DNA of 64,000 nt from the NCBI GenBank assembly GCA_016217965.1, contig JACRFI010000016.1:1837-65836 (forward strand), written 5' to 3'. The position numbers and the translations under genes were made by a program. Source of the stretch: Candidatus Kaiserbacteria bacterium (GTDB lineage: Bacteria > Patescibacteriota > Minisyncoccia > Phycocordibacterales > UBA2100). Below are positions 47,073-57,157 of the stretch, piece after piece; positions within the stretch are counted from its first letter, which is position 1, and each line of letters begins with the position of its first letter. Below the pieces are notes generated by a model. The model was not told the origin of the DNA and did no database searches. It saw only the letters and a program-made list of their open reading frames with translations.

Positions 47073-48680
47073 ATGTCGGGGACGCGTTCCTATGTCGTCG
47101 TTCTTACGTTTGTGGCGCTCTCTATCGCCCCGTATTTTGCGCACGCTGCGTCGCTGCCGGGCGGTGTCTTCAACCTCATCATGCGCTCCGACGGCCTGTG
47201 CATGGACGTGTACGCCAACCAGGCCGTGAGCGGCCAAAACATCGACAACTGGCACTGCAACGGTACGACAGCTCAGACGTTCCGCGCCGAGTCGCTCGGC
47301 GGCGATGTGTACCGCATCATCAACACAAATTCCGGCATGTGCGTGGACGTCTACGGAAACGACACCAGTGAAGGAGCAGATGTGGTCCAAGCGTGGTGCA
47401 ATGGGTCCAGCGCGCAATCGTTCCAGGCTGCTGATGCTGGCAGCGGGTATGTGTATCTCGTCAACACCAATAGCGGCAAGTGCGTAGGATTCGGCGGCAC
47501 GTTCCAGTGGCAAAATACCGACCAAGGCAATTGGCAGTGGGTTCCGGACGTGCGGATGTATTCGTGTAATGGCGCCGCCGACCGGCAGTGGTATCCGGCA
47601 GCGCCCGCATCGTGTTCCATCTCCCTCTCACCGAATCCGAAAGACTATGCCGCAGCGGCGACGCTTTCCTGGTCAAGCTCATACGCAAACTCCTGGCTCT
47701 ACATCAATAACGTGGGATACGTGGGGGCTTCCGGCGCAGTTACCGTCGCGCCAACTTCAAATACCGACTATTCATGCGTCGCCTACGGTTCCGGCGGCAG
47801 CGACGGCTGGCACAGCGCAATCTTGTACGTGAATGCTCCTTCCAATTGCACCGCGCCGTGGGGAAGCGCAGTCTCGCACGGCTCGTCTGTCATCGCATAC
47901 CAAGCAGCAACGGTGCCATATGGTTCCTTGTGCGTTTCCCAAACACGCTCTTGTTCTAACGGAAGCCTCAGCGACTCATACGAGTATCAATCCTGCTCCG
48001 TGGATAATCCTGCACCCACCTGCTCCATCTCTGTCGCTCCAACCACAATTACCTCAGGAGAATCATCAACACTCACCTGGTCCTCATCAAATGCCACGAC
48101 CTGTACCGGTACCAATTTCTCCACAGGAGGCGCCACCTCCGGCTCGACATCAGTATCTCCCTCATCCAGCACCAACTACTCTGCAAGTTGCACAGGTACC
48201 GGGGGCACAACAGCATGCACTGACACGAGCAGTGGAGGAGGAGGCGACACCACCGCCACTCTGTCAGTTGCATGCACTGAAAGTTGGGCTTGCACCGGCG
48301 CAGGCGGAAGCACCATCACACACACCTTAGCGAATTGCTCAACAGAAACCATCGACACCTGCGTCAGCCCTGAGTTCTGCACCACAGGCTCTGCCCTCTG
48401 CCTCTACGACGCCGTCACCGGTTCCATCACTGCTTCCCCCCGCCTCGTCACCTCAGGCAAGACGACAACCGTCTCCTGGTCTACTGACGATGCCGTCTCC
48501 TGCACTGTCACAGGAAACGGAGACACCTGGATTGGTACCTCAGGCTCACAGACATCAAGCCCCATCACCGAACTCACTACGTACACCATCCGCTGTGATG
48601 ATGGCGACCCTGATACCACACAAGACGATTTCACAGACAAAGTGCATATCGTGCGGTTGCCGGGGTGGTTGGAGTTATAA
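47073..48680 (+). CDS. secreted surface protein with ricin-B (beta-trefoil) lectin domain, paralog B
   Basis: DGLCMDV, NSGMCVDVYG...QAWCNGSSAQSF, NSGKCV, CNGAADRQW; C-terminus shared with paralog A. Confidence 0.8.
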   Translation: MSGTRSYVVVLTFVALSIAPYFAHAASLPGGVFNLIMRSDGLCMDVYANQAVSGQNIDNWHCNGTTAQTFRAESLGGDVYRIINTNSGMCVDVYGNDTSEGADVVQAWCNGSSAQSFQAADAGSGYVYLVNTNSGKCVGFGGTFQWQNTDQGNWQWVPDVRMYSCNGAADRQWYPAAPASCSISLSPNPKDYAAAATLSWSSSYANSWLYINNVGYVGASGAVTVAPTSNTDYSCVAYGSGGSDGWHSAILYVNAPSNCTAPWGSAVSHGSSVIAYQAATVPYGSLCVSQTRSCSNGSLSDSYEYQSCSVDNPAPTCSISVAPTTITSGESSTLTWSSSNATTCTGTNFSTGGATSGSTSVSPSSSTNYSASCTGTGGTTACTDTSSGGGGDTTATLSVACTESWACTGAGGSTITHTLANCSTETIDTCVSPEFCTTGSALCLYDAVTGSITASPRLVTSGKTTTVSWSTDDAVSCTVTGNGDTWIGTSGSQTSSPITELTTYTIRCDDGDPDTTQDDFTDKVHIVRLPGWLEL

Positions 48681-48730
48681 CTCAAGCCGCACAAAGAATT
48701 TCGATGTAGCGAGAATCGTGAGAATTTTAC

Positions 48731-48758
48731 TTGCACTCCAGAAGTCTTTTGATACTAT
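48731..48758 (+). promoter_or_regulatory. promoter for tuf
   Basis: TTGCAC-16 nt-TACTAT, about 200 nt upstream of ATG. Confidence 0.55.
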
Positions 48759-48958
48759 GCCGGTACGCACGCTCTGTGCGTATTTCTTTGCCTAATTTCT
48801 TCTGTGTGGAGTAGCGACCCACCATCAAGCAGGGAGGGGCGGCAAGAAACTACCGGAGCACCGAGGCGTTCGCCTCACTCGCGTTGGCAATTATCATTAC
48901 TAGTTAATTTATTTTTTGCGGCTGCTAGCTACAAGCTACCAGCTACAAGCTAATCTAT

Positions 48959-50158
<1,200 letters not shown>

Positions 50159-50160
50159 AA

Positions 50161-50205
50161 TAGCTTCTAGCTTCTAGCTTCTAGCTTCTAGGTGCTAGCT
50201 GCTAG
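50161..50205 (+). repeat. heptamer tandem array (TAGCTTC)x4 plus degenerate units
   Basis: Directly visible after the tuf stop. Confidence 0.85.
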
Positions 50206-50208
50206 AAA

Positions 50209-50236
50209 AGAAAACCCGCCGAGAGGCGGGTTTTCT
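50209..50236 (+). terminator. intrinsic (bidirectional-type) terminator after tuf
   Basis: AGAAAACCCGCC-GAGA-GGCGGGTTTTCT. Confidence 0.85.
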
Positions 50237-50298
50237 CGTGCTTGACAGCCTTTACACCCTGATTAGAATGTTGTTATAACAAAAATAAGCATCACGAT

Positions 50299-50529
50299 AT
50301 GACTCAAAAAGTTCTTAAGGTCGGCTCTTCGGCAGCGGTCACGATACCAAAGAAGTCTCTTGCCGAACTCGGCCTCAAGATCGGCGATCGCGTGACTTTG
50401 ACCGTCAATAGGGAGCATAAGAGTATCGTGGTTCAGCCATCTGTGTCTGTGGACGCCGAGACGGTGCAATGGGCGCGAGATTTCATCGAAAAATATCGCT
50501 CTGCGCTCGAGGCGTTGGCGCGTCAGTAG
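50299..50529 (+). CDS. AbrB/MazE family antitoxin
   Basis: KVLKVGSSAAVTIPKKSLAELGLKIGDRV; promoter TTGACA-16-TAGAAT and TGTTATAACA palindrome upstream. Confidence 0.88.
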   Translation: MTQKVLKVGSSAAVTIPKKSLAELGLKIGDRVTLTVNREHKSIVVQPSVSVDAETVQWARDFIEKYRSALEALARQ

Positions 50530-50530
50530 C

Positions 50531-50932
50531 ATGCGATACCTCTCAGCGGAGGAATTACTAGTCCTCCATGCGCTCGTTGTTGATGAGACAGGCGGTTCGC
50601 ATGGCGTGCGTGATACGGCGCTTCTCGCGTCAATTGCGCACAAGCCGCAAGCAAAATTTGATGGGAAAGATCTATACCCAACTATTTTTCTGAAAGCGGC
50701 GATACTTCTCGAAGCGGTTGCTAATTACCACGTTTTTATCGACGGGAACAAACGTACGTCGTTCATTGCGGCTGCGAGATTCTTGTTCGTGAATGGATAT
50801 AACATTACGGCAGACAACGTAGATGTCGAGAAGATTGTAGTTGCTGTCGCAATGAAGAAGTTAGCGATTGGGGAGCTTGCGGAATGGCTTAAAGAAAATA
50901 GTTCGAGTATCTACATCCATGCCAAAAAATGA
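50531..50932 (+). CDS. Doc (death-on-curing) family toxin
   Basis: GVRDTALLAS, HVFIDGNKRT. Confidence 0.9.
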   Translation: MRYLSAEELLVLHALVVDETGGSHGVRDTALLASIAHKPQAKFDGKDLYPTIFLKAAILLEAVANYHVFIDGNKRTSFIAAARFLFVNGYNITADNVDVEKIVVAVAMKKLAIGELAEWLKENSSSIYIHAKK

Positions 50933-51059
50933 TGCCGGACACGTTATCTCTCGGCACTCATCGAGAGTTGGGTTTTCAACACCGTTATGCACTCATTTTC
51001 CACAGAATCGCCTCGATTTGCTTCATCTAAGCATAATCTGTGGTTGATATAGTCACTCT

Positions 51060-51332
51060 TGTAACGCTTTACGGCGCTACAGCGAAGAAGGAAACCTTTC
51101 GCAAGTCAGGATTCCTTCTCTCGCTTCCCAGATTCGCTAGATGGCGCTTACGTCTAGCCACTCGGGAGATTTGGATCAGAGAGTCAAGTGAACGCGTAGA
51201 GGGATGTCGAAGAGATTCGGAATCCCAGATACCAGAGCCACGGTGTTAAGCAGCCTATTCATCTCTGGAATCGCAGCTAAACCGAATCGTAATGATCCAT
51301 AGCAGAAGCCTCCCGTAAGGGAGGCTTCTTGC
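51060..51332 (+). ncRNA. putative structured non-coding RNA of unknown class
   Basis: Six mutually compatible helices plus a terminal 11-bp GTAA-loop hairpin; no convincing ORF; strand inferred. Confidence 0.45.
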
Positions 51333-51416
51333 TTTACGGCACTGTTTGCTATAGCGCTTCCATTATATGCGCTAGGGGGCAATAGTTGAGATCCCGGTGG
51401 GGATAGCGAATTCTCC

Positions 51417-52549
51417 TGGAGAAGATGAGATACATCGGTGACACCTCAGACGTCCAGATTTGAGGCAGAATTGGCGGCGTGATTAGCAGCCTCACGCACC
51501 CATATATGGCACTCGCAGCCTCTGTTCGGCAGGTTAACCTGTGGCTCGTCCCAGAGGTCACACTCCTCTCCACTCATGAGCGTTGGAGAAAGCAGGCAGA
51601 GATACTAAGGCTCTCCAAAGAAGCCCGCATACGTCTCGAGTGGTTCATCTGGCACAAAGAACACGGAAAGAATGCCTCCAAGACCGCGCGTCACTTCGGC
51701 ATCTCACGTCAGTGCTTCCACACGTGGAAGAAGAGATTCGATGCAGTCAATCTTCGCTCGCTCGAGACACACGATCGCGCTCCGAGGCGGGTGAGGCAGA
51801 AAGAGATCACTCCGGAAGAGGAAGGCAGGGTCATCATGCTCCGACACGCGCACATCCGCTGGGGCAAGATGAAGATCGCGAAGGTGTACGAGGCAACATA
51901 CAGAAAGAAGATCTCTGCATGGAAGGTACAGTACACGATCAAGAAGAATGCTCTGTACTATCATCCGAAAAAGAACGCACAGACACACGCCAAACGGAAA
52001 CGTTCGAAAGAGAAGAAGCGCATCACAACACTCCACAAGAAGCCCTTCCCCGGCTTCCTCATTGCACTCGATACCATCGTCCTGTGGATCGGCAACCAGA
52101 GGCGGTACGTGTTCACGGCGATCGATACGGTCTCCAAGATCGCCTTTGCGCGAATGTATACGACCAAAAGCTCGAAGAACGCAGCGGATTTCGTGAAGCG
52201 CATGGTGTATCTCTTGGATCATGAGGTCTGGAATGCGGGGCATGACAACGGGAGCGAGTTCCACAAACATTTCCAAGCAACGGTCACACAGCTCGGTCTT
52301 GGCGACTATTGGAGCCGTGTGAAGACCCCCACCGACAACCCGATCAACGAACGCTTCAACAGGACACTGCAAGAAGAGTTCATCGCACTCGGACATCTCA
52401 CTGACGACACCGAGAGATTCAATCACGAACTCACAAACTGGCTCATCGAGTACACATTCGTGCGTCCGCATCAGTCGCTTGGATACGAAACTCCTTGGCA
52501 GTATTATTCCAAGGCCGCCAAAGTGTCACCGATGTACTCGTCTCGTACA
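51417..52549 (+). mobile_element. IS481-family insertion sequence
   Basis: Imperfect TIRs sharing TACATCGGTGACAC (51417-51444 / 52523-52549); TCTCC duplication on both flanks. Confidence 0.8.
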
Positions 52550-52726
52550 TCTCCTTGTTTTTTGCGGGAAGATAGTGCATACTCCCTCGCGTTCCTTTAC
52601 ATATGCCTGCAGCAAAGACGAAAAAAACAGCGAAGTCTCCGCGCGCTAAGAAAGGCGATGCAGGAGCACATCGTCTGCGCATCAAAGTGCGCGCGTATGA
52701 ACATGGGGTTCTCGATACGTCGGTGA
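51506..52726 (+). CDS. IS481-type DDE transposase (reads through the right TIR)
   Basis: HTH ASKTARHFGISRQCFHTWKKRF; IALDT, TAIDTVSK, DNGSEF, NPINERFNRT, RPHQSLGYETP. Confidence 0.88.
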   Translation: MALAASVRQVNLWLVPEVTLLSTHERWRKQAEILRLSKEARIRLEWFIWHKEHGKNASKTARHFGISRQCFHTWKKRFDAVNLRSLETHDRAPRRVRQKEITPEEEGRVIMLRHAHIRWGKMKIAKVYEATYRKKISAWKVQYTIKKNALYYHPKKNAQTHAKRKRSKEKKRITTLHKKPFPGFLIALDTIVLWIGNQRRYVFTAIDTVSKIAFARMYTTKSSKNAADFVKRMVYLLDHEVWNAGHDNGSEFHKHFQATVTQLGLGDYWSRVKTPTDNPINERFNRTLQEEFIALGHLTDDTERFNHELTNWLIEYTFVRPHQSLGYETPWQYYSKAAKVSPMYSSRTSPCFLREDSAYSLAFLYICLQQRRKKQRSLRALRKAMQEHIVCASKCARMNMGFSIRR

Positions 52727-52971
52727 AGCAGATAATCGATACAGCGGCTCGCTACAGCGCGACTGTTGTGGGTCCAGTTCCTCTTCCTATAGACATAAAA
52801 AAGTACACGGTGAATCGCGCGGCATTTATCGACAAAGATTCTCGCGAGCAATTTGAAATGCGCATCCACAAGCGCATGATAGACATTTTAAATCCAGCGC
52901 CGAAAGTCATCGAAGCGCTCACAAATATCGACCTTCCTTCAGGAGTTTCAATAGACGTGAAGATGATGTAG
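52603..52971 (+). CDS. rpsJ: 30S ribosomal protein S10
   Basis: [45 protein letters not shown]. Confidence 0.97.
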   Translation: MPAAKTKKTAKSPRAKKGDAGAHRLRIKVRAYEHGVLDTSVKQIIDTAARYSATVVGPVPLPIDIKKYTVNRAAFIDKDSREQFEMRIHKRMIDILNPAPKVIEALTNIDLPSGVSIDVKMM

Positions 52972-52977
52972 CAGGTG

Positions 52978-53637
52978 CTACTTTATAATGCTTTGCGCCA
53001 GTGTTTTTGCTTCTGCTTGACAAAATGTGCGCCATTCCTTTGGATCCAAAGCGTTGATCATTCTCGGCAAATCCTCGGCTCCTTCGGATTTTAGAAGTTG
53101 CGCACTCATCTGCAGCGGATCAAGATGATGATCAAATTTGATCTGCGCTTTACGCATGAGGTCGGACATGCTCCACTCTGGCTTCTCGCGTAAGATGAAA
53201 TAGAGATCGATAAAATCGCGCGCGCGGGGCTTCTGATAGATCGTAAACACTTTATTCACTGCGATATCCAAAAGGCTATCGACGCGAAGGGCCCCGATCG
53301 TCGGCCCCTTTTCTATAGCTGGGAATGGGAAATAGGTGAATTCTGTCTTAATGACATCATCGCCGATATGGAGGAAGAAGAGGTTGCGGTTGAAACTTTG
53401 TTCAAAGGTGAACGAATCGATACTAAGGGAACCCTGCAATTTCTTGAGGAAGACCGATATCGCCTGCGGGTCGAATTCGTGTTCCGTGAAAAAATCGAGA
53501 TCTTCAGAATAACGATGATGCAAGTAAAATTCAGCAAGAGCCGTTCCGCCGGAGAGAATAAATGCAGCTGTAATCGCTCTCTCGCGGGCAATTGCTGAGA
53601 GAACTTTCTGTTGGTTCGCAGAAAGAATTGTGGGCAT
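52978..53637 (-). CDS. AbiEii/nucleotidyltransferase-fold toxin (type IV TA-like)
   Basis: ILSGGTALAEFYLHHRYSEDLDFF, DIAVNK, RARDFIDLYF. Confidence 0.88.
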   Translation of the reverse strand: MPTILSANQQKVLSAIARERAITAAFILSGGTALAEFYLHHRYSEDLDFFTEHEFDPQAISVFLKKLQGSLSIDSFTFEQSFNRNLFFLHIGDDVIKTEFTYFPFPAIEKGPTIGALRVDSLLDIAVNKVFTIYQKPRARDFIDLYFILREKPEWSMSDLMRKAQIKFDHHLDPLQMSAQLLKSEGAEDLPRMINALDPKEWRTFCQAEAKTLAQSIIK

Positions 53638-53638
53638 G

Positions 53639-53815
53639 CTACTCAAGCGCGAGTGCGAGCGCCTTGCGTTTCCACGGATCTATAATGATTGCATCCCATT
53701 CACTACGCAGCACTTCAGCGGATATTTTTTCATCCCCGATACCGAAGTTTATCCGCTGTTCGAGGCTCCACGTAGAGCTTGGGGCATTTTGAACCGACCA
53801 GTGTTTTTTTATCAT
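53639..53815 (-). CDS. small putative partner/antitoxin of the AbiEii protein
   Basis: Stop lies 1 nt before the AbiEii ATG; TATAAT 7 nt before its own ATG. Confidence 0.55.
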   Translation of the reverse strand: MIKKHWSVQNAPSSTWSLEQRINFGIGDEKISAEVLRSEWDAIIIDPWKRKALALALE

Positions 53816-53854
53816 TACCCGCATTATACCACATATTGAGCCGTCTTTTCCGGA

Positions 53855-54586
53855 TTATTCTCTCGCAAGTTTCAGGAGCGGCTCTTGCCAATCAAAGCAG
53901 GTCTCTCGGTCTTCGAGAATTTTGAACTGCCCTAGACATGAAGGTTCGAGCGCAGCGAATTGCTCCAACATCTTTACCGCAGACTCGATAAATCCGCCTA
54001 CAGTGCCGTCTGAATCATCAACGCCGCCTTGGCACAATTTCTTATCGAGCTTGAGTAGGGTTTGTATAACCATTCGTGCCGCTTCTTCACAGACGGGAAG
54101 TTTGGAGAAGACAGCTGACAGGCGGTTGCATCCTTCGGCGAGTCCGCCTTGATACGCGAACCACATTCGCGAAGGTCCGCGATATGCTTTGATGAATTTC
54201 ATTACGACTTTGATGGCGGATTGCGTTGAAAGCAATTCGTCTTTGCTTAGTGGTCCGATTCTCCCGCTGCAGAGAGGTTCACTTTGCATTTCCTTGTCGG
54301 TCTCTGAGAGAGGTTGGCCTGCTGCGGCAGCATGTATGGCAACTGCGACCATATGCTTACAGAGCTCTTCTTTTTGACCGACATAGCAATTACATTCTCC
54401 CACATCGAATTTCTCACTCGACACCCATACTTCGTATGAGTTACTGCCAATTACAACAGCAGAGAAAATGCCGTCAGTTTTCTTGCATTGTGTGACCTTG
54501 CCAAGCTCATACAAATAAACAGCCCTCGACCATGTGGGGTTTCCCGTTGCGAACTTTATCTTTGGCACGTCATATGCGGGAACCAT
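53855..54586 (-). CDS. SWIM zinc-finger domain protein
   Basis: [11 protein letters not shown]...[19 protein letters not shown]; DDSDGTVG. Confidence 0.82.
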   Translation of the reverse strand: MVPAYDVPKIKFATGNPTWSRAVYLYELGKVTQCKKTDGIFSAVVIGSNSYEVWVSSEKFDVGECNCYVGQKEELCKHMVAVAIHAAAAGQPLSETDKEMQSEPLCSGRIGPLSKDELLSTQSAIKVVMKFIKAYRGPSRMWFAYQGGLAEGCNRLSAVFSKLPVCEEAARMVIQTLLKLDKKLCQGGVDDSDGTVGGFIESAVKMLEQFAALEPSCLGQFKILEDRETCFDWQEPLLKLARE

Positions 54587-54619
54587 ACTGTCAATCTACC
54601 AGCACTTTGCACATTCTCC

Positions 54620-54763
54620 ATCAATAAAGATTCGCGCGAACAATTCGAAATGCGCATCCACAAGCGCATGACAGATATTTTAAATCCAGCGCCGAAAGTC
54701 ATCGAAGCGCTCACAAATATAGATCTCCCATCAGGTGTTTCAATCGACGTCAAGATGATGTAG
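54620..54763 (+). pseudogene. displaced rpsJ 3' end ([47 protein letters not shown])
   Basis: Near-identical peptide to the S10 C-terminus; 44-bp perfect repeat 54677-54720 = 52885-52928. Confidence 0.92.
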
Positions 54764-54790
54764 CTGTTCCCACAGAGCAACCCAGTCCAT

Positions 54791-56620
54791 CTATTCGGTG
54801 GGTGCTACGTACATGCCAAACATTCCCATAGCACCTCGTATAGGCACCTCAAACCCATTGTCATACACGGCCTCTATTGAGAGCACGTCTTCCTTTTTAA
54901 GAGCGATCTCAGTTGCGTAGTGAGGAGTGTCATAACGATAGGGATTATCATTTGATCTTACCGTCTCGAAGACGGACAAAAGTTCACCGTTACGTCTTAT
55001 GGCAACGTTCTTGCCGCTTTGCCAACCATGCAAATGAGCTCCCATATACACAATTGTCGCATTGTGCTCGATGATCATCCGGTTTTGGCCCTTCTCTACC
55101 CAACCAGGACCGCCATATACATATCCTTTCGAATGCGGCGGCACTGTGAACACATGAGTCTGGGAAGCACACGCATCCTCGTCAAGCTTGAGGACGTGAA
55201 AATAAACCGGAGTTGCTCGCTCAGGGTTGCTAACGCTCTTTAGTTTAACGGTGGCAAACACGTCCTCAAAGGTTCCGCCTGGTCCGATGGGGGGTAGTGG
55301 ATTGTGCAGCGCTACGGCGAGCTGGAGCCGAGTGCCTTTTATGATCGTAAGCGCATAATCTTGCGGAAGAGAAATCTTTCTCGTGTGCATCTGATCCTGG
55401 CCGACGGCAGCGAGTTCCCTCCCGTAAAACTGCGGGCAAATGACGTCCGGTTTATCGATGTCAACCAATAGAGCATGATGCAGAATAATATCCGGCGCAT
55501 TATGTATCTCAAACTCTATCTCTGAGACGTTTACATCATCCGGAACCGTATATATGGGAGAATATATTTCATAATGGTGGCCTTTATCTATTGCTGAATC
55601 TCCAGCAACGTGGGGATGTGAAGATAGCTCTGGCAGATGTTGCGTTTCTAGAACGATTGTCGGACGGTGAGAGACGAAAAAACCGCTAAGAATTACGATT
55701 GCCAGGACACATGTTCCCATCAGTACGTACGCCAACTTCCTCGTGGACCGGCTAAACTCGGAGATGTGCTTCCAAATAGCATCTGGTATCCAACGTGAGT
55801 CGAACAGGAAGAGGAAGTATAGCAGCATCCCCAGGACGACTTCCGTAAGATCAAGAGTGGCCAGCACATATATAAACATGAGTACCCAAAGCAGCCATAT
55901 GATGCTCCGGGTTCTCTCCCAGAATATCAGTGGAAGTGAGAGTGTGTATGTTGATGCGGCGGCCCATGTTTGCCCGGCGATGGTCCAGTGTGGAAGTGAT
56001 TGAAGATAGTGCACGAACCAATAGTCGAATGCGATCGGTTGATGAAGGATATAATACATTGCCGTCCCGTTTTGCCACGTCTCTGAAAATAACCTATCGA
56101 TGCCGCTTGCAGTAAACGAGAGCCCAAGCACGAACCATGCGCCCCAATACACGCCCCACGGCATATACCATTCCTCTGGACCTCTCCTTCCAAAAAGAAA
56201 TCGATCGGTCGACAAAGGCTCTCTGGACGGAATGATGCAAAGGAATATGAGAAGCAATCCCGTAAAAGGAAGCGAGGGGTCTTCGGTTAGTACATTCCGC
56301 CCGAAGAGCATGGAGAGTATCAGCCACGTAATAAGTGCATTCGGAAGCCGAAAAAAGCCGATAATTATGCAGATCACGCTCAAAAACAGGACGGCAAATA
56401 CGAGAGTGATCGTTTCAGGAGAATCGAATACGTTAAGAAAATTCGGAAGGTAACCGTATATGTAACTGATGACTGGGTCTGGCAACATGCCGACGGATGT
56501 ATACAATTCGTATCGGTAGGGAAACTCTCGGATCGCGTAGAAGAGAAGGTAGATGCCGAACAGGGCGCGCCACAAAGAGAATTGTACTGGAGCGTATGTT
56601 GCTACAAGGGGTATCGTCAT
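54791..56620 (-). CDS. HTTM-like membrane domain fused to a copper monooxygenase-like (PHM/DBH) domain
   Basis: Multi-TM N-terminus ([19 protein letters not shown]); C-terminal ILHHALL, GAHLHGW, YDN...GAMGMF. Confidence 0.65.
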   Translation of the reverse strand: MTIPLVATYAPVQFSLWRALFGIYLLFYAIREFPYRYELYTSVGMLPDPVISYIYGYLPNFLNVFDSPETITLVFAVLFLSVICIIIGFFRLPNALITWLILSMLFGRNVLTEDPSLPFTGLLLIFLCIIPSREPLSTDRFLFGRRGPEEWYMPWGVYWGAWFVLGLSFTASGIDRLFSETWQNGTAMYYILHQPIAFDYWFVHYLQSLPHWTIAGQTWAAASTYTLSLPLIFWERTRSIIWLLWVLMFIYVLATLDLTEVVLGMLLYFLFLFDSRWIPDAIWKHISEFSRSTRKLAYVLMGTCVLAIVILSGFFVSHRPTIVLETQHLPELSSHPHVAGDSAIDKGHHYEIYSPIYTVPDDVNVSEIEFEIHNAPDIILHHALLVDIDKPDVICPQFYGRELAAVGQDQMHTRKISLPQDYALTIIKGTRLQLAVALHNPLPPIGPGGTFEDVFATVKLKSVSNPERATPVYFHVLKLDEDACASQTHVFTVPPHSKGYVYGGPGWVEKGQNRMIIEHNATIVYMGAHLHGWQSGKNVAIRRNGELLSVFETVRSNDNPYRYDTPHYATEIALKKEDVLSIEAVYDNGFEVPIRGAMGMFGMYVAPTE

Positions 56621-57102
56621 GAAGCGCATGCGATCTCGTATTGCCACACACGGGCGTCCATAAATTCAGGTAGATATCTGATCGAGACCGAAATACTATC
56701 CAGATCCTGTAATTTCGCAACGTATGTATCGTGCACGTCTCCTTTGCAGAACATGTATGATAGCGTCGCAAGCACCATTGGACGGGGGAAGCGGGGAGCA
56801 AACCGGAGTATTTGCAAGTAAGGGATCTTTCTACGATGAGGCCCGGTTAAGGTTTCCATGAGAAAAGTGTCGAGTTCAACGTCTTGGCTTTCACCATTCC
56901 TGAAATGCAATGTATATGTGCGATATGCCAATATGCTGTCATATCCTCGTATGCCCGAGAAAGGGAACGGAAACGGAGCGAACATCAGCGACTTGGCGAA
57001 GAATTTGATATGGTCCGACCCAATGGCATATCCAAAAAGTTGGGAACAAGCCAAGAGCGTGACGACTCCCGCAGCAATGTTTATTCTCAGTTTGGCACTC
57101 AC
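56617..57102 (-). CDS. hypothetical protein translationally coupled to the HTTM gene
   Basis: ATGA overlap; N-terminal hydrophobic segment, FAPFPFPFS. Confidence 0.6.
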   Translation of the reverse strand: MSAKLRINIAAGVVTLLACSQLFGYAIGSDHIKFFAKSLMFAPFPFPFSGIRGYDSILAYRTYTLHFRNGESQDVELDTFLMETLTGPHRRKIPYLQILRFAPRFPRPMVLATLSYMFCKGDVHDTYVAKLQDLDSISVSIRYLPEFMDARVWQYEIACAS

Positions 57103-57157
57103 ACGGTAAATTCTAGCAATAATTCCAGGCGAAAAAGAGACGCTCTATCGTGATACG

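Noticed and set aside
43373-48680. DGR or assembly duplication for the two surface paralogs
   Set aside because: Both are intact ORFs with many synonymous differences; not A-biased and not identical.
34741-48700. Prophage or ICE
   Set aside because: No integrase, structural, replication or conjugation genes; multiple internal boundaries rather than one att pair.
50161-50205. CRISPR array
   Set aside because: 7-nt tandem units without spacers; no cas genes seen.
50918-50950. Possible rpsJ 5' remnant (MPKNDAGHV)
   Set aside because: Similarity to MPAAK...DAGAH is too short to separate from chance.
51060-51332. RNase P, tmRNA, SRP or tRNA identity for the structured element
   Set aside because: No GAGGAAAGTCC with matching 3' region, no tRNA-like T arm/CCA end and no SRP GGAA-loop motif found by eye; a divergent form cannot be excluded.
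54488-54763. 91-aa ORF as a second functional rpsJ
   Set aside because: Its N-terminal half is the antisense of the SWIM gene start; only the last 47 codons are S10-like.
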